DNA of 64,000 bases, taken from positions 35,712,001-35,776,000 of the forward strand of contig OX597834.1 in NCBI GenBank assembly GCA_951406725.2, in the 5' to 3' direction. The notes beneath the pieces were generated by a model. The model was given only the letters and a program-made list of their open reading frames with translations. It was not told the origin of the DNA and searched no databases. The DNA is from Octopus vulgaris (lineage: Eukaryota). Position 1 is the stretch's first letter. Each line of letters opens with the position of its first letter. Below, one piece after another: positions 12,330-26,383 of the stretch. Made by a program: the position numbers and the translations under genes.

Positions 12330-12525
12330 ACTCTCTCTTTCACCTCTCTCTCTCTCTCACTATGTTTCTCTCGATCTATTTCTCTCTGTTACTCTTTCTC
12401 TCTTTCTTCTTCTCTGTGGTTCTCTCAGCCTGCTTGTGTCTCTCTCACACACATTCCAATTCTCTCTCTCTCTCTCTCCCTTATTTTTTACTCCTCTTCT
12501 TTTCTGTATTTATCTGTCTCTCTGT

Positions 12526-12563
<38 letters not shown>

Positions 12564-12835
12564 GTGCTTCTCTCTGCCTGCTTATTTGTCTCTCACACAA
12601 TTTCCGTCTCTCTCTGTCTCTCTCACACTCACTCTAGTTTTCTTTCTCTCCTTTTCTCTCTTTATCTGTATCTATCTATCTATTTATCTGTCTGTCTGCC
12701 TGTCTCTTTTGCTCTCTTTCCCTCAGTTTGCTAGTATATCTCTCATTCCATTTCACTCTCTCTCTCTTTCTCTTATCTCTTTCTCCCTCTCTGTCTCTTT
12801 CTCCCTCTCTGTCTTTTTCTCCCTCCCTCTCTCTC
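12330..12835. repeat. CT-rich polypyrimidine tract
   Basis: Directly visible. Confidence 0.9.
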
Positions 12836-12909
12836 TAAATTACTTTCTCATTTATCGCAGAACAAAAACTTAGCAGAATCTGCATGGAGAATAATTCCGT
12901 TAGCTTTGG

Positions 12910-13998
12910 CAGTGGTGGTGGAGGTAGTAGTTGTAGTTGCGGTGGTAGTAGTGGTAATGGTGGCGGCGGTTTTGGTAAAGGTAATGATAGTAGTAATAGT
13001 AGTGGTGGTGGTAGTAGTGGTAGTGGTGGTGTGGAGGTGGCGACGGTTTTGGTGAAGATGATGATGATGGGAGTAGTAGTAGTAGTAGTGGTGGTGGTAG
13101 TGATGGTAGTAGTAGCAGTAGTAGTGGTGGCTGTGGTGGTATTTGTGTGATGGTGATGGTAGTGATAGTGGTGGTAGTACAAGTAGTAGTAGCGATGGTG
13201 GTATGGCAATAGCTGTGGTGGTGGTTGTGGTAGTAGTAACAGCAGTGGTGCTAGCGTAGCTACGATAGTGGTGGCGGTAGTGGTAGTGGTGTTAGTGTAT
13301 ACGTTGATTGTAGTGGTGGTAGTGATAGATGTGATAGTGGTTGTGGCGTTAGTGTAGAGGTGATGGTCATAGAGGCTGTAGCGATAGTGGTTTTGGAGAG
13401 GTAGGGATAGTGGTGCTGGAAGTGGTGGGGGTATGTTGGTGGTGGTGGAGGTGAAGGGTGGTAGTGGTGGTAGTGGATGTTGATGGTGATGGTGGTTGGC
13501 AGAGTGATTGTGATCATGATGATGTTGATGGCGGTGGAGGTGGAGGGTGGTGGTGGGGTGGTGGTGGTGGTGGTGGTCGGCAGAGGTGATTGTGATGATG
13601 TTGGTGGTGGTGGAGGTGGAGGGTGGTGGTGGTAGTGGTGTTGGATGGTAGTGATCGGCAGAAGTGATTGTGATGATGATGTTGGTGGTGGTGGAGGTGG
13701 AGGGTGGTGGTGGTAGTGGTGGTGGTGGTCGGCAGAGGTGATTGTGATGATGATGGTGGTGGTGGTAGTGGCGGTAGTAGCGGTGGCAGGGGTGGTTGCG
13801 ATGATGGTTGTGGTTGCGGAGATGGTGATAGTGGTGGTGGTGGTGGTGTACAGGAGATAGTACTTATGGTGTGAGGGCGGCAGTGTTGGTAGGGGTAGTA
13901 GTATTGGTGAGGTAGAATATGGTGGTGGTTATAGCGTTGGTAGTGTTGGTGAAGCGGTGAGTGTTGGGTGCAGTAGTAGTGGTAGTGGTGGTGGTGAT
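12910..13998. repeat. (GGT/AGT/GAT)n low-complexity block containing four 75-82-bp units
   Basis: ggcaga(g)gtgattgtgat recurs at about 13498, 13579, 13657 and 13731. Confidence 0.85.
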
Positions 13999-14037
13999 AA
14001 ACGAGGGAGGAGACAATGAAAGGGCCAGTATGAGATG

Positions 14038-14080
<43 letters not shown>

Positions 14081-14154
14081 GTAAGTGTTGTGTCAATATA
14101 TGTGTGTATGTATGTTTGTGTGTTTTGGTGTTAAAACTGGTGTGTTAAGGGCTG

Positions 14155-14520
<366 letters not shown>

Positions 14521-14692
14521 GGGGTCGGGAGATGGCACGTGTTCATAGGCTGTGAAATGGCATAGTCGATAGAGCATCAGTTAAAATGCTTTGCGCTGTA
14601 TTTGTTCCGGTTCTCTGCGCACTGAGTTCGAACCCTACCGATGTCAGTCTTGCCTTTCATTCGTTCGAGGTCACTAACATCAAGTACAAAAT

Positions 14693-14857
14693 AGGCGCAA
14701 GCGTCGCTGCGTGGTAAGAAGCTTGCTTCCCAACCATATGGTTCTGGGTTCAGACCCAATAGATGGCAGCTTGGGCAAGTGTCTTCTATTGTAGCCTCGG
14801 ACCAGCCAAAGCCTTGTCAATGTATTTGGTAGACGGAAACTGAAAAAAGCCCGTCGT
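14693..14857 (+). mobile_element. SINE family A, 5' half (preceded by a decayed family B copy at about 14548-14690)
   Basis: ggcgcaagcgtcgctgcgtggtaagaagcttgcttcccaacca...cttgggcaagtgtcttcta...aagcccgtcg. Confidence 0.85.
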
Positions 14858-14882
14858 GTGAGTGAGTGTATGAATATATGTA

Positions 14883-15047
<165 letters not shown>

Positions 15048-15389
15048 GATAGGGGTTATGGGTGTAACCCACTACGGCATATCAGTTATCCAATATACTG
15101 CTAGTGAAGTACCCAAAAGGCTAATACATAAATGCTTACAATTGCAATATAATTAGTTCATTTATTGCATTAGATGGGCGAAGGTAAAATATTTTACCTC
15201 AAAATCATAATACAAATAAGAAAATGGAGGAACAGATTCATTTCAATCATCAACTTACAGATATTACCAATTCATATTATTTATTAACTACTTAAATAGG
15301 AACATCCAAAATCCAACAGAATAAAACAGAATAACACAATATACATCAATAAGTAAGATAATACCATAAAAATAATACATATAAAATGG

Positions 15390-15516
15390 ATCTTACAGCT
15401 GTTTCAGCCTATAGATAAAGGTATCTCATTGTGCTTATATTAGTCATATGTATTGAGGTAATATGCACTTAAAAATGAGTTACTTATATAATATATCTCA
15501 AGGCCTCGTCAGAGAT
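15390..15516 (-). ncRNA. Intact minimal type-I hammerhead motif with extended stem II, inside a (TA)n-flanked cassette (15043-15584)
   Basis: Minus strand: atct-CTGACGA-GGCCT-tg-AGATA...TATCT-at-AGGCT-GAAA-C-AGCT-G-TA-agat. Stem I atct/agat, palindromic ACAGCTGT, GUA triplet. Confidence 0.75.
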
Positions 15517-15581
15517 TATAAAGTACAATTATAAAAATATAAAATGAAAATATAAATATGAAACAAAATACACATACACAA

Positions 15582-15657
<76 letters not shown>

Positions 15658-16119
15658 AAATACATACACATAGGGTTACAGATAATCAAATATATATACT
15701 GGAGTATACAAATACATCCACATCAATGGGTACACGTAATCTGAAGAAGCAAACAGCTAGGAAGTGCCTTGGCAAAATGGTTAGAGCGGCAGAGAAAATA
15801 CCTTAATACTTTGCGGTGTATCTTCCGGTCCTCTGCATCACAAGTTCAAATCCTGGCTCATATCAGGGATTTGAACTGTGACTTGGAAACATATTTCGTG
15901 AGTCCAGACTAATCCTTAAGGAAATGGAAGGATATTTAGATAACGCATTCCTAGATACGCTTATGTATAAATGATGCCCTCGGTGAGTTTTAAGGTGTCT
16001 ATTAACATAAACTTCTGGGATCATGGCTGCTCGAGGGTTAGAGTACATTTGAAATGTGTCAGATACGATTTACATGTGGTTTGTGTGTGCATACATATAC
16101 ATATATGCATACATACATC

Positions 16120-16333
16120 TAGGAAGGTGGTGCTGAAAAGTTCCTCGCTTTAAGGGTTTCGCGAAGGACCTGGCTGGAGGCTCAACTTTCCAAGTTCTTT
16201 TGCAGGGCTTAGAAAATCTGGAGGGCTGCTGCAATGTGTGAATCTGTGAGGGGAATATGTTGAATAAAATCATAATTAACTGATCCTCCTGTATTTTCTT
16301 TTACTCGAAGCCCGGGACTTTTCTGCACCCGCT
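16120..16333 (+). mobile_element. Mariner-derived MITE
   Basis: gtgctgaaaagttcc...gagggaatatgttgaataaaatcataattaactgatcctcctgta...ggacttttctgcacc, as in the other two copies. Confidence 0.8.
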
Positions 16334-16357
16334 GTGTTTGTGTGTGCGTGTGTGCAT

Positions 16358-16412
<55 letters not shown>

Positions 16413-16472
16413 TATACATATATATATATATACATATATACATATATACATATATATATACATATATATACA

Positions 16473-16504
<32 letters not shown>

Positions 16505-16537
16505 CACAAATATATATATATATATACATATATATAT

Positions 16538-16592
<55 letters not shown>

Positions 16593-16594
16593 CA

Positions 16595-16625
<31 letters not shown>

Positions 16626-16696
16626 CATACACACACACATATATATACATACATATGTGCATATATACATACATATATATACACACATACACGCAT

Positions 16697-16770
<74 letters not shown>

Positions 16771-17519
16771 TGGCACAAATTTCTAGAGCAATTTTGATTC
16801 GTATCTTTTAATTTCTTTTTTCCTAATACATGATAGAATAATTCTGTTAAAGACACTTAGCAGCAGCGTCGTGTATCTATTTTATTGCCGCCGATCAATA
16901 AATTTATGATTGTATGTAAATTTTATAAGAGAGAACTTCTAATCTCAACAATAAAGCCACTTCAAAATGTATAAAAATGTCTTCCAGTTTTCCTTTTCAC
17001 GGATTACTTCAACGACACAGAGAAGTAAAGGTGCGGCATATTTATAATTACGTAAGGAGTTAATAATGGCTGTACGTATGTATGTATGGATGGATGTATG
17101 TACGTGTGAGCGTGTGTGGCTGTGCATATGTGTGTATGTGTGTAGAAGTAGGGTTTTAGGCATGTGTAAGGATGTTGTATAAGCAGAAATATCAAGGAAC
17201 GGAAGCAAATGTAAAAAATCAAATAGACCCCGGTTACAAATACCAACAGAATTGAGAAAAATATGTGAACACACACACACACACACTCACACCTACACAT
17301 CTGTGTGAGTGGGCAAATACTTTTCTTTATATACATACATACATACATCACACACACATACATACATACATACATACATACACACATACATACATACATA
17401 CATACATACATACATACATACATACATACATACATACATACATACATACATACATACATACACATGCATATACATACATACATACATACATACATACATA
17501 CACATACATACATACATAT

Positions 17520-17561
<42 letters not shown>

Positions 17562-17601
17562 GTATATATAAAAATATATATGTATGTATGTATATATATA
17601 T

Positions 17602-17801
17602 ATTTGTGTGCTTGTGTCTGTGTTTGTCCCCCCCAGCATCGCTTGACAACCGATGTTGGTGAGTTTAAGTCTCCGTAACTTGGCGGTTCGGCAAAAATGA
17701 CAGAGTAAGTACCAGGCTTACAAAGAATAAGACTAGGGGTCGATTTCTTCGACTAAAAGGCGGTGCTCTAGCATGGCCGCAGTCAAAATGACTGATACAA
17801 G
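17602..17801 (+). mobile_element. SINE family A, 3' half
   Basis: gtttgtcccccccagcatcgcttgacaaccg...ggcggtgctctagcatggccgcagtcaaaatgactga. Confidence 0.85.
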
Positions 17802-17807
17802 TGTGTG

Positions 17808-17902
<95 letters not shown>

Positions 17903-18043
17903 ACACACACGTCCCGTTTTCTCTCCCTCTCTGATGCAAGCACACACACACAACCACCCATGGATATGAATAAAGGGCCCGGCCCCAAGACGTCAGTACT
18001 CACCTCTCCTACCGACGCAGCAACTCAGTGTACAAAAGTTAGT

Positions 18044-18380
18044 GGCACTCCATCAGTTGCGACGACGAGTGTTCCACTTGATCCGATCAACGGAACAACG
18101 TGCTCGTGAAATTAACGTGCAAGTGGCTGAGCACTCCACAGACATGTATACTTTAACGCAGTTCTCGGGGCGATTCAGTGTGACAAGGCTGGCCCTTTGA
18201 AATACAGATACAACAGAAACAAGGAGTGAGAGGAAGTTGTGGTGAAAGAGTAGAGCAGGGTCCGCCACCACTCCCTCGTGGAGCTTTAGGTGTTTTCGCT
18301 CAATAAACACTCACAACGTCCGGTCTGGGAATCGAAACGGCGATCCCACGACAGCTAACCACTGGGCCATTGCGCCTCCA
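18044..18380 (-). mobile_element. SINE family C
   Basis: Colinear with 3059-3429. Confidence 0.85.
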
Positions 18381-18706
18381 CGCAAAAGTTTGTAACTAAT
18401 AATTGTGCATGTGTTTGTGTGTGTCGGTGTATATAAATCTATATACATATATCGATATACAAACCACACGCACACACACATATATATGTATGTATATATG
18501 CGTGTATATATATATGCATATATTATTCTAAAATTTCTTTGGTTTTCTGAGACTTCATTATGGTTTGGTCTTCCGTTGCTTGCGTGTATCTGTCTATGTA
18601 TGTGTGTGTGTGTGTGTGTGTGTGTATGCATGTGTGTGACTGTCTGTGCTTGTGTGTTAGCGTTAGGTCGGCTTAAATACCGTGTCTCTTTCCTTCCTTC
18701 CGTCCT

Positions 18707-18748
<42 letters not shown>

Positions 18749-18905
18749 TAGTTATTTTAATAACTTTACGCAACTCAAAGAGAAAAGAAATTCCTTCTGG
18801 ATTCATTAGAGTTCCAAAACAGACCAAAACACAAGCAAAAAAAAACAAAAAAATGAAGAAAACGTTATTAATATAGGGTTATATAACCACCACCACCACC
18901 ACCAT

Positions 18906-18947
<42 letters not shown>

Positions 18948-18972
18948 CACCACCACCACCACCACCACCACA

Positions 18973-19043
<71 letters not shown>

Positions 19044-19197
19044 CGTTGCCATTTCTCCAAGTATTCGCTGAATGCACATGTACTCTAACACGACGACCTT
19101 AGAAGGGTTTTTAGGTGTAATGCAGGTAAATGAATTTATTGCTTCTGGCTTGAATCTGCGCAGAGAAGTATAAGAGTAGAGAATCTCGGGCTGGCGT

Positions 19198-19568
19198 GGC
19201 GGAGCTGGCTGAACTGTTAGCGCTTCTCTTCCGGCCTCTTTACGTTCTGAGGTTCAAATTCCGCCGAGGTCGACTTTGCCTTTTATCTTTTCGGAGCCGA
19301 TAAATTAAGTACCAGTTGAGCACTGGGGGCGCTGTAATCGATTCATTCACCTTTCGCATTGAATTTCAGGCCATGTGCCTATAGTGGAATGGATTATCAG
19401 GATTAGTACTAAATGAAGTGTTAGGGCGGCAATCTAGCTGAATCGTTAGCACGCAGGGTAAAAAGTGCTTAGCGACATTTGGGCTCTCATTACGTTCTGA
19501 GTTCAAATTCCGGCGGGGTCGACTTTTCTCTTTTATACTTTCTGGGGACGATACAATAAGTACCAGTC
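19198..19568 (+). mobile_element. Two tandem SINE family B copies (19198-19397, 19425-19568)
   Basis: Both show gttcaaattcc...gtcgacttt...ataa..aagtaccagt. Confidence 0.8.
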
Positions 19569-19636
19569 AGTTGTGAGGCGTACAAAGTTAATATCTTGTT
19601 TGACTCACGCTTACGGCTCCAGGACTCCTAAATTCG

Positions 19637-19999
19637 AGTTCAGTGACTGCGGCCATGCTGGAGCATAGCTTTTAGCCGAGCAAATCGACCTCAGGACTTA
19701 TTCTTTGTTAGCCTAGTACTGATTCTATCGGTTTCTTTTGCCGAACCGCTAATTTACAGGGATCAAAACACATCGACATCGGTTGTCAAGCGACTTGGAG
19801 TGGGGGACAAACACAGACACAATTACATATATATATATAACAGGCTTCTTTCAGTTTCCGTCTATCACTTCCAGTCACAAGGCTTTGGTCGGCCCAGATC
19901 TATAGAAGTCACTTGCCCAAGGTGCCAGGCAGTGGGACTGAACCCGGAACCATGTGGTCGGGAAGCCAGCTTCTTACCACACAGCCACTCTTGTGCCTA
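19637..19999 (-). mobile_element. SINE family A, near full length
   Basis: Colinear with the reverse complement of 49833-50219. Confidence 0.85.
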
Positions 20000-20026
20000 T
20001 ATATAATTCTTAAGAGTATCATTGGC

Positions 20027-20067
20027 AGTGACTTCGAAGTTTCGGCCATTAAAACCATCGTCAGACT
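20027..20067 (-). ncRNA. Intact minimal type-I hammerhead motif
   Basis: Minus strand: agt-CTGACGA-T-GGTT-ttaat-GGCC-GAAA-CTTCGAAG-TC-act. Palindromic ACTTCGAAGT, GUC triplet, stem I agt/act. An inverted truncated copy (gaaacttcgaagtcact) follows at 20077-20093. Confidence 0.75.
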
Positions 20068-20206
20068 TGGCTGACGGAAACTTCGAAGTCACTATCAGTA
20101 ATATTCTTGTTTAAGAATCATTTGTACTCTACAAAAGAACAGAGTAACACTTCAGATTGATGTAAAATTGGTTTTCTTATATTGTTGTATTCAGGGATGG
20201 TCATTT

Positions 20207-20231
20207 ATCATCATCATCATTATTATTATCA

Positions 20232-20292
<61 letters not shown>

Positions 20293-20338
20293 CATCATTA
20301 TTATTATTGTTATCATTATTATTATCATCATCATTATT

Positions 20339-20404
<66 letters not shown>

Positions 20405-20745
20405 ATTATTATTATTATTATCATCATCATTATTATTATTATTATGATCATTATCATCATCATTATTATCATCATCATCATCATTATTATTATTATTATT
20501 GTTATTATTATCATCATCATTATTATTATTATCATCATTATCACCATCATTATTATCATCATCATCATTATTATTATTATTGTTATCATTATTATCATCA
20601 TCATTATTATTATTGTTATTATTATTATCATCATTATTATCATCATCATCATCATGATTATTATTATTATCATCATCATCATTATCATCATTATTATCAT
20701 CATCATCATCATCATTATTATTATTATTGTTATCATTATTATCAA

Positions 20746-20778
<33 letters not shown>

Positions 20779-20798
20779 CATCATCATCATCATCATCA

Positions 20799-20844
<46 letters not shown>

Positions 20845-20873
20845 CATCATCATTATTATTATTATTATTATTA
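20207..20873. repeat. About 670-bp (ATT/ATC)n trinucleotide array
   Basis: Directly visible; source of the poly-I/N/D/Y pseudo-ORFs. Confidence 0.95.
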
Positions 20874-21088
20874 TGCCTATAAACACACGCACTACTTAAC
20901 ACAGGGACTATTTAGTTGACAAAAAAATTTACTAGGTAAAAAAAAAGAAAATGACCGTCAAACACATTCTTACTCCAAAAAGTGACCATCCCCAAATATA
21001 ATATCTGTTTCAACACACGATTTCACACCAAAAATCTTGCAAAAGAAATACATAAACGTTATAATTATAACTGAACATTAACACAAAG

Positions 21089-21132
<44 letters not shown>

Positions 21133-21229
21133 TATACATATATATATATGCATATATATATATACATATATATACATATATATATGCATATATATATACA
21201 TATATGCATATATATATATACATATATGC

Positions 21230-21378
<149 letters not shown>

Positions 21379-22169
21379 TATGTGTGTGTGTGTGTCTCTG
21401 TGTGTGTGTGTATACACACACACACACACACACACAGAGAAATACATAAATAAGTAAATAGCTCTTAATTATTTTGTTTCCTAATTACAAAATATATACA
21501 TTCTGTATCTTCGTCTTCACCTCCTCCGCTCCCTTCTTCTCATCTTTTGTTTCTTCATCGTTCCCCCACCTCATCCCCGTTCTGTATCTTTATTTCTGCT
21601 ACTCCTTCCCCCCCTCTCCTCTGTTTGTCTCTCTGTCGACTTTTTCTTTTGTAGTAGTCAGACACTTGAATGCCCGCCCGCCTGCCCGCCAACCCGCCTG
21701 CCTGGCTGTTTAAAATGTTGCAGAATTGAATTCTTCCGCTAAAGAATCCATAGGATAAAAACCAACGCTCACATCCTGATAACACGTGCAGTTTGTCTTG
21801 TGTAAATAAATGGCACCAGCTTTTAACACGCCATTGGCAGTGGTGCTGGCGATGGCAGCGGTAAAAGAATTGTAAAGAGGAAGAGGAAGAGGGGAGAAGG
21901 AGAAGGCGAACAATGGGAAGAATGGCAAAAGCGGTGGTGCTAACTAGCAGGCAGGCACTATCGAAGCGCAATTGCAAAAGGAATTGTCAGTACCTTCAGT
22001 TTCTCTCTCTCTCTTTCTCTCCCTCTTATCCCGGCCTATTATACCTGAGATCTGTGCAACCTTCCACCCAGCTTTAAGTCCTCCCACCCAGCAATCCAGC
22101 TATTGGTGAGGAAAGTTTTATTTATTTATTTATTTATTTGTCTCTGAGGATTTTGGTAGAAATAATTTA

Positions 22170-22413
22170 TGGCTTCAAATTTTGGCAGAAGAACAGCCAT
22201 TTTAAGGTGGAGGAAAGGGGGTTGATTTAAGGGGGAGTTAATTTAAGCCGATTAGTTCGAACCCCAGTGTACAACTGGTACTCATATTATCGGCCCCTCA
22301 AAAGGATGAATGGCAAAGTCCTCAGCAGAATTGGAACCCAGAATGTGTAGAGCCGGAAGAAATGCTGTTGAGCATTTTGTTCGACTTGATAAAAATTCTG
22401 ACTACTTGCCGCT
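22170..22413 (-). mobile_element. SINE family B, diverged
   Basis: aactggtactcatattatcggcccc...aaaggatgaatggcaaagtc core. Confidence 0.75.
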
Positions 22414-22618
22414 TTAATTATAATAATAATTACCATTTCTAATAAGCGCACAAGGCCTGGAATACATCACCACCAGCACTACCACCACTACCACCACTGC
22501 TATCACACCAGTACATCTACACCACCGCCACCACCGTCACCACCACTACCACCACTGCTATCACATCAGTACATCTACATCACCAACACCATTATTGTTA
22601 TCATTATTATTATTAATT

Positions 22619-22905
22619 AGGTCATCGCCTGGAATCGAACTCGGAATCTTGGAGTTAGTAGCCCGCGTAGTAGTTAAGAGCGCGGGGTACTAACCTCAAG
22701 ATTCCGAATTCTATTCCAGGCAGTGTCCTGAATAGTAATGATAATTATAACATCGAAAAATACCTTAGGAATGAGAACCCAGGTTCGAAATTTCCCCCAA
22801 GACACCTGATGAAGGCTGGAGAGTATATCAGCCGAAATTTTGTGTTAACGACAAACAAGATGAGTACAAATATCCGTCAAATGTAAATAATGTAAATAAT
22901 GTGTA
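22619..22905 (+). mobile_element. Element with head-to-head tRNA-like inverted repeat followed by a hammerhead-like motif
   Basis: 22619-22667 is the reverse complement of 22681-22729 (about 8 mismatches), with A-box-like gtagtagttaagagc and B-box-like gagttcgattcc. Then acac-CTGATGA-A-GGCTG-gagagtatat-CAGCC-GAAA-tttt-gtgt at 22802-22845. Confidence 0.65.
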
Positions 22906-22925
22906 TAACATATATATATATAAAT

Positions 22926-23180
22926 TGCATGGATTCCAGAGAAATATGTCCTGTGTATCATATGTGATAAACAGGACAAATTGGAAATGTGATATCATGT
23001 ATGGTGCATGGATGCCAGAGAAACATGTCTTGTGTATGATATGAGATATACAAGATAAGCAAAATTGGGAATGTGTATCATATATGATGCATGGATGCCA
23101 GGAAAATATGTCTTGTGTATCATATGTGATAAAGAGGACAGGCAAAAATTAGGAATGTGATATCGTGTATGATGCATGGA
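22926..23180. repeat. Tandem repeat, 79-85-bp unit, 3 copies
   Basis: tgcatgga starts at 22926, 23005, 23088 and 23173; atgtc.tgtgtat.atatg.gata is in each full unit. Confidence 0.85.
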
Positions 23181-23972
23181 CACGAGGGAAATCAAGGACC
23201 ACAAGATGGTTTACGATGGACATGACAACAAGTGTTTAGCAATATAAGCTCAGAGGCAGGCAAGTTGTGGGAGCTTGACCAGCGAAATATAGAGCATTGC
23301 CCCAGGTATTTTGTTCCACGTTACTCCAGTTTCTTAGTCGCATCATTCTAGTCGAGATATTGGATCAAATGCCAAAGGCCGAAAAGGGTACTTGTGTCTG
23401 CTCTCGATTATATTGATAGCTGAAAGAAATAGTGATACACTGGTAAAAGTTAGTAAATCATACTCACTCGCGAGTAACGTCCACGTCCCGGGCATTGATG
23501 GAAGCAAGATTTCGCACGAGGTGCATGGATTGCATACGGATGAAGACTAAGAGTGGAGGGTCACGGAGGAACGACAAGGGGGTGGGGGGGACGTTACCAT
23601 CTGCGATGAGTGGGCGTTTTATGACGTGGTTTACTAGTGGGACTTGATGAAAAGGAGGAAGAGAACGGTGATGGTTATTTGTGATTCGACGACGATGATA
23701 ATAATGATGATGAAGATGATGATGATGATGAGGATGATGATGATGGTGATGGCGATGGTGGCGATGACGATTATTCTTCCCAAATAATCGACATATAATG
23801 TACTTTCCCGATAAAGATTAGCATCAGAAGTCATCAACCATCGCCCGACCACACGCAAAAACGGGAGAAGTTTTATCTAACAATTTTTTTTTTCAAATTA
23901 TATATGGCAGAGCAGAGAAACTTCATCAATTGTTGTGCATCGTATTCACACAGTAATATATATGTATCTACT

Positions 23973-24038
<66 letters not shown>

Positions 24039-24248
24039 CACATACATATATACACACACACATATTTATATATACACATACATACACATATACACGCACA
24101 CATATATATATATATATACACATACATACACATATACACATACATACACATATACACACACATATATATACACATACATACACATATACACACACATATA
24201 TATATACACATACATACACATACACACACACACACACAAATATATATA

Positions 24249-24280
<32 letters not shown>

Positions 24281-24549
24281 CACACGTACATACATACAAA
24301 CATACATATATACATACATACAACTATACATTCATACATATATACATACATACATACATACACACAAACATACACACACACACACACACATAGCGAAAGA
24401 GACAGAAAGAGAGAAGTGAGAGAAAAAGTGAAGGTGAGAGAGAGAGACATACAGACGAAGAGAGAAAAAGCAGGCTGAGAAAAGTTTGTAGTCAAATAAA
24501 TTATGCTTATATATGTGTGTGTGTATGTGTCTGTTGTATGTGCACGTAA

Positions 24550-24612
<63 letters not shown>

Positions 24613-24997
24613 GTACCTACGCACTATACATCCTTCCATATAAGCTATTTCTCGGGCCTTCCCCCGCCCGCTCCCTCGCTATAAAACCTCCATGTCGGAT
24701 CACAATCTCAGTCCGTGTAGGTGCGTTATGAGAAGCATCTTCGTATATCTAGCAGCCAAAATATAACATACCCTTGGGTGATTTCTACCCGAATGTAATA
24801 TACTATCTTCGTTTAATTATTTAATCTATTTTGACAGCAACAATTGTTAAGTATTTAACTAAACACACAGACACAGACGCACGCGCAGTCACACACACAC
24901 GCACACACACACATGTATATACATGTAAATATATCTATTCATATAGATATATGTATATATATGTGTATATATATACCTATATATGTATGTATGTGTG

Positions 24998-25041
<44 letters not shown>

Positions 25042-25101
25042 TATTTATACCCATATATATATTTACGTGTGTTTATGTATATATATGTATATGTATATAT
25101 T

Positions 25102-25140
<39 letters not shown>

Positions 25141-25168
25141 ACATATGTATGTCTGTGTGTACACACTA

Positions 25169-25219
<51 letters not shown>

Positions 25220-25363
25220 AATGCCAGGTGCTATCGTTACTTTTGACTTATCCTGTATATCACATATCGAGTGTGACCGAAATCTATCCAAGTATCTATC
25301 TATATGTATGTAATGTATGTATGTATGTATGTATGAATAGATATATACATTTATATACATTTA

Positions 25364-25424
<61 letters not shown>

Positions 25425-25532
25425 ATATATATATGTATGTATATATTTATATATATATATATGTATGTATATATATATATATGTATGTATATATATATTA
25501 TATATATATATATGTATGTATGTATGTGTATG

Positions 25533-25632
<100 letters not shown>

Positions 25633-25815
25633 CACACACATGTACGCGCGTGCACATGCCCATATATTGACAATGAAGTTCACTTGCAGTTTGTTAAGAG
25701 AGTACATTTTAACTCATCTGTATTTATGAATGTATGTGTTTATGTGTGTGTCTGTATGCGTGTGTTTGTGAGTGTACAGACTAATACGCAGACACACACA
25801 CATACACATACACTC

Positions 25816-25870
<55 letters not shown>

Positions 25871-25950
25871 GAGAAAATTATATCTCTATTATAGATCTCA
25901 ACTTATAAGCCGACAAGTGTTTCTATCGTTTTAACATATATATATATATG

Positions 25951-25983
<33 letters not shown>

Positions 25984-26029
25984 GTATTCATAAGATGCGT
26001 CTATGTATCCATCTATTTATGTATGCATG

Positions 26030-26101
<72 letters not shown>

Positions 26102-26179
26102 AGTGTTGCACTCTCCCACTCCTACTCTATGTACATATACTCCTACTCTATGTACATATACTCCTACTCTATGTATATT

Positions 26180-26210
<31 letters not shown>

Positions 26211-26322
26211 GATTACAGAAGCACAAATCAATGAATGCTTGCACATATACACACACATACTAATATTTATTTGTTCATATATCTGTATAGATATGTACGT
26301 ATACCGTAAGTACAGACACGCA

Positions 26323-26383
<61 letters not shown>

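Noticed and set aside
15940-16040. Possible additional very old RLE-type fragment (INDALG...CL)
   Set aside because: Similarity is too weak to support by eye.
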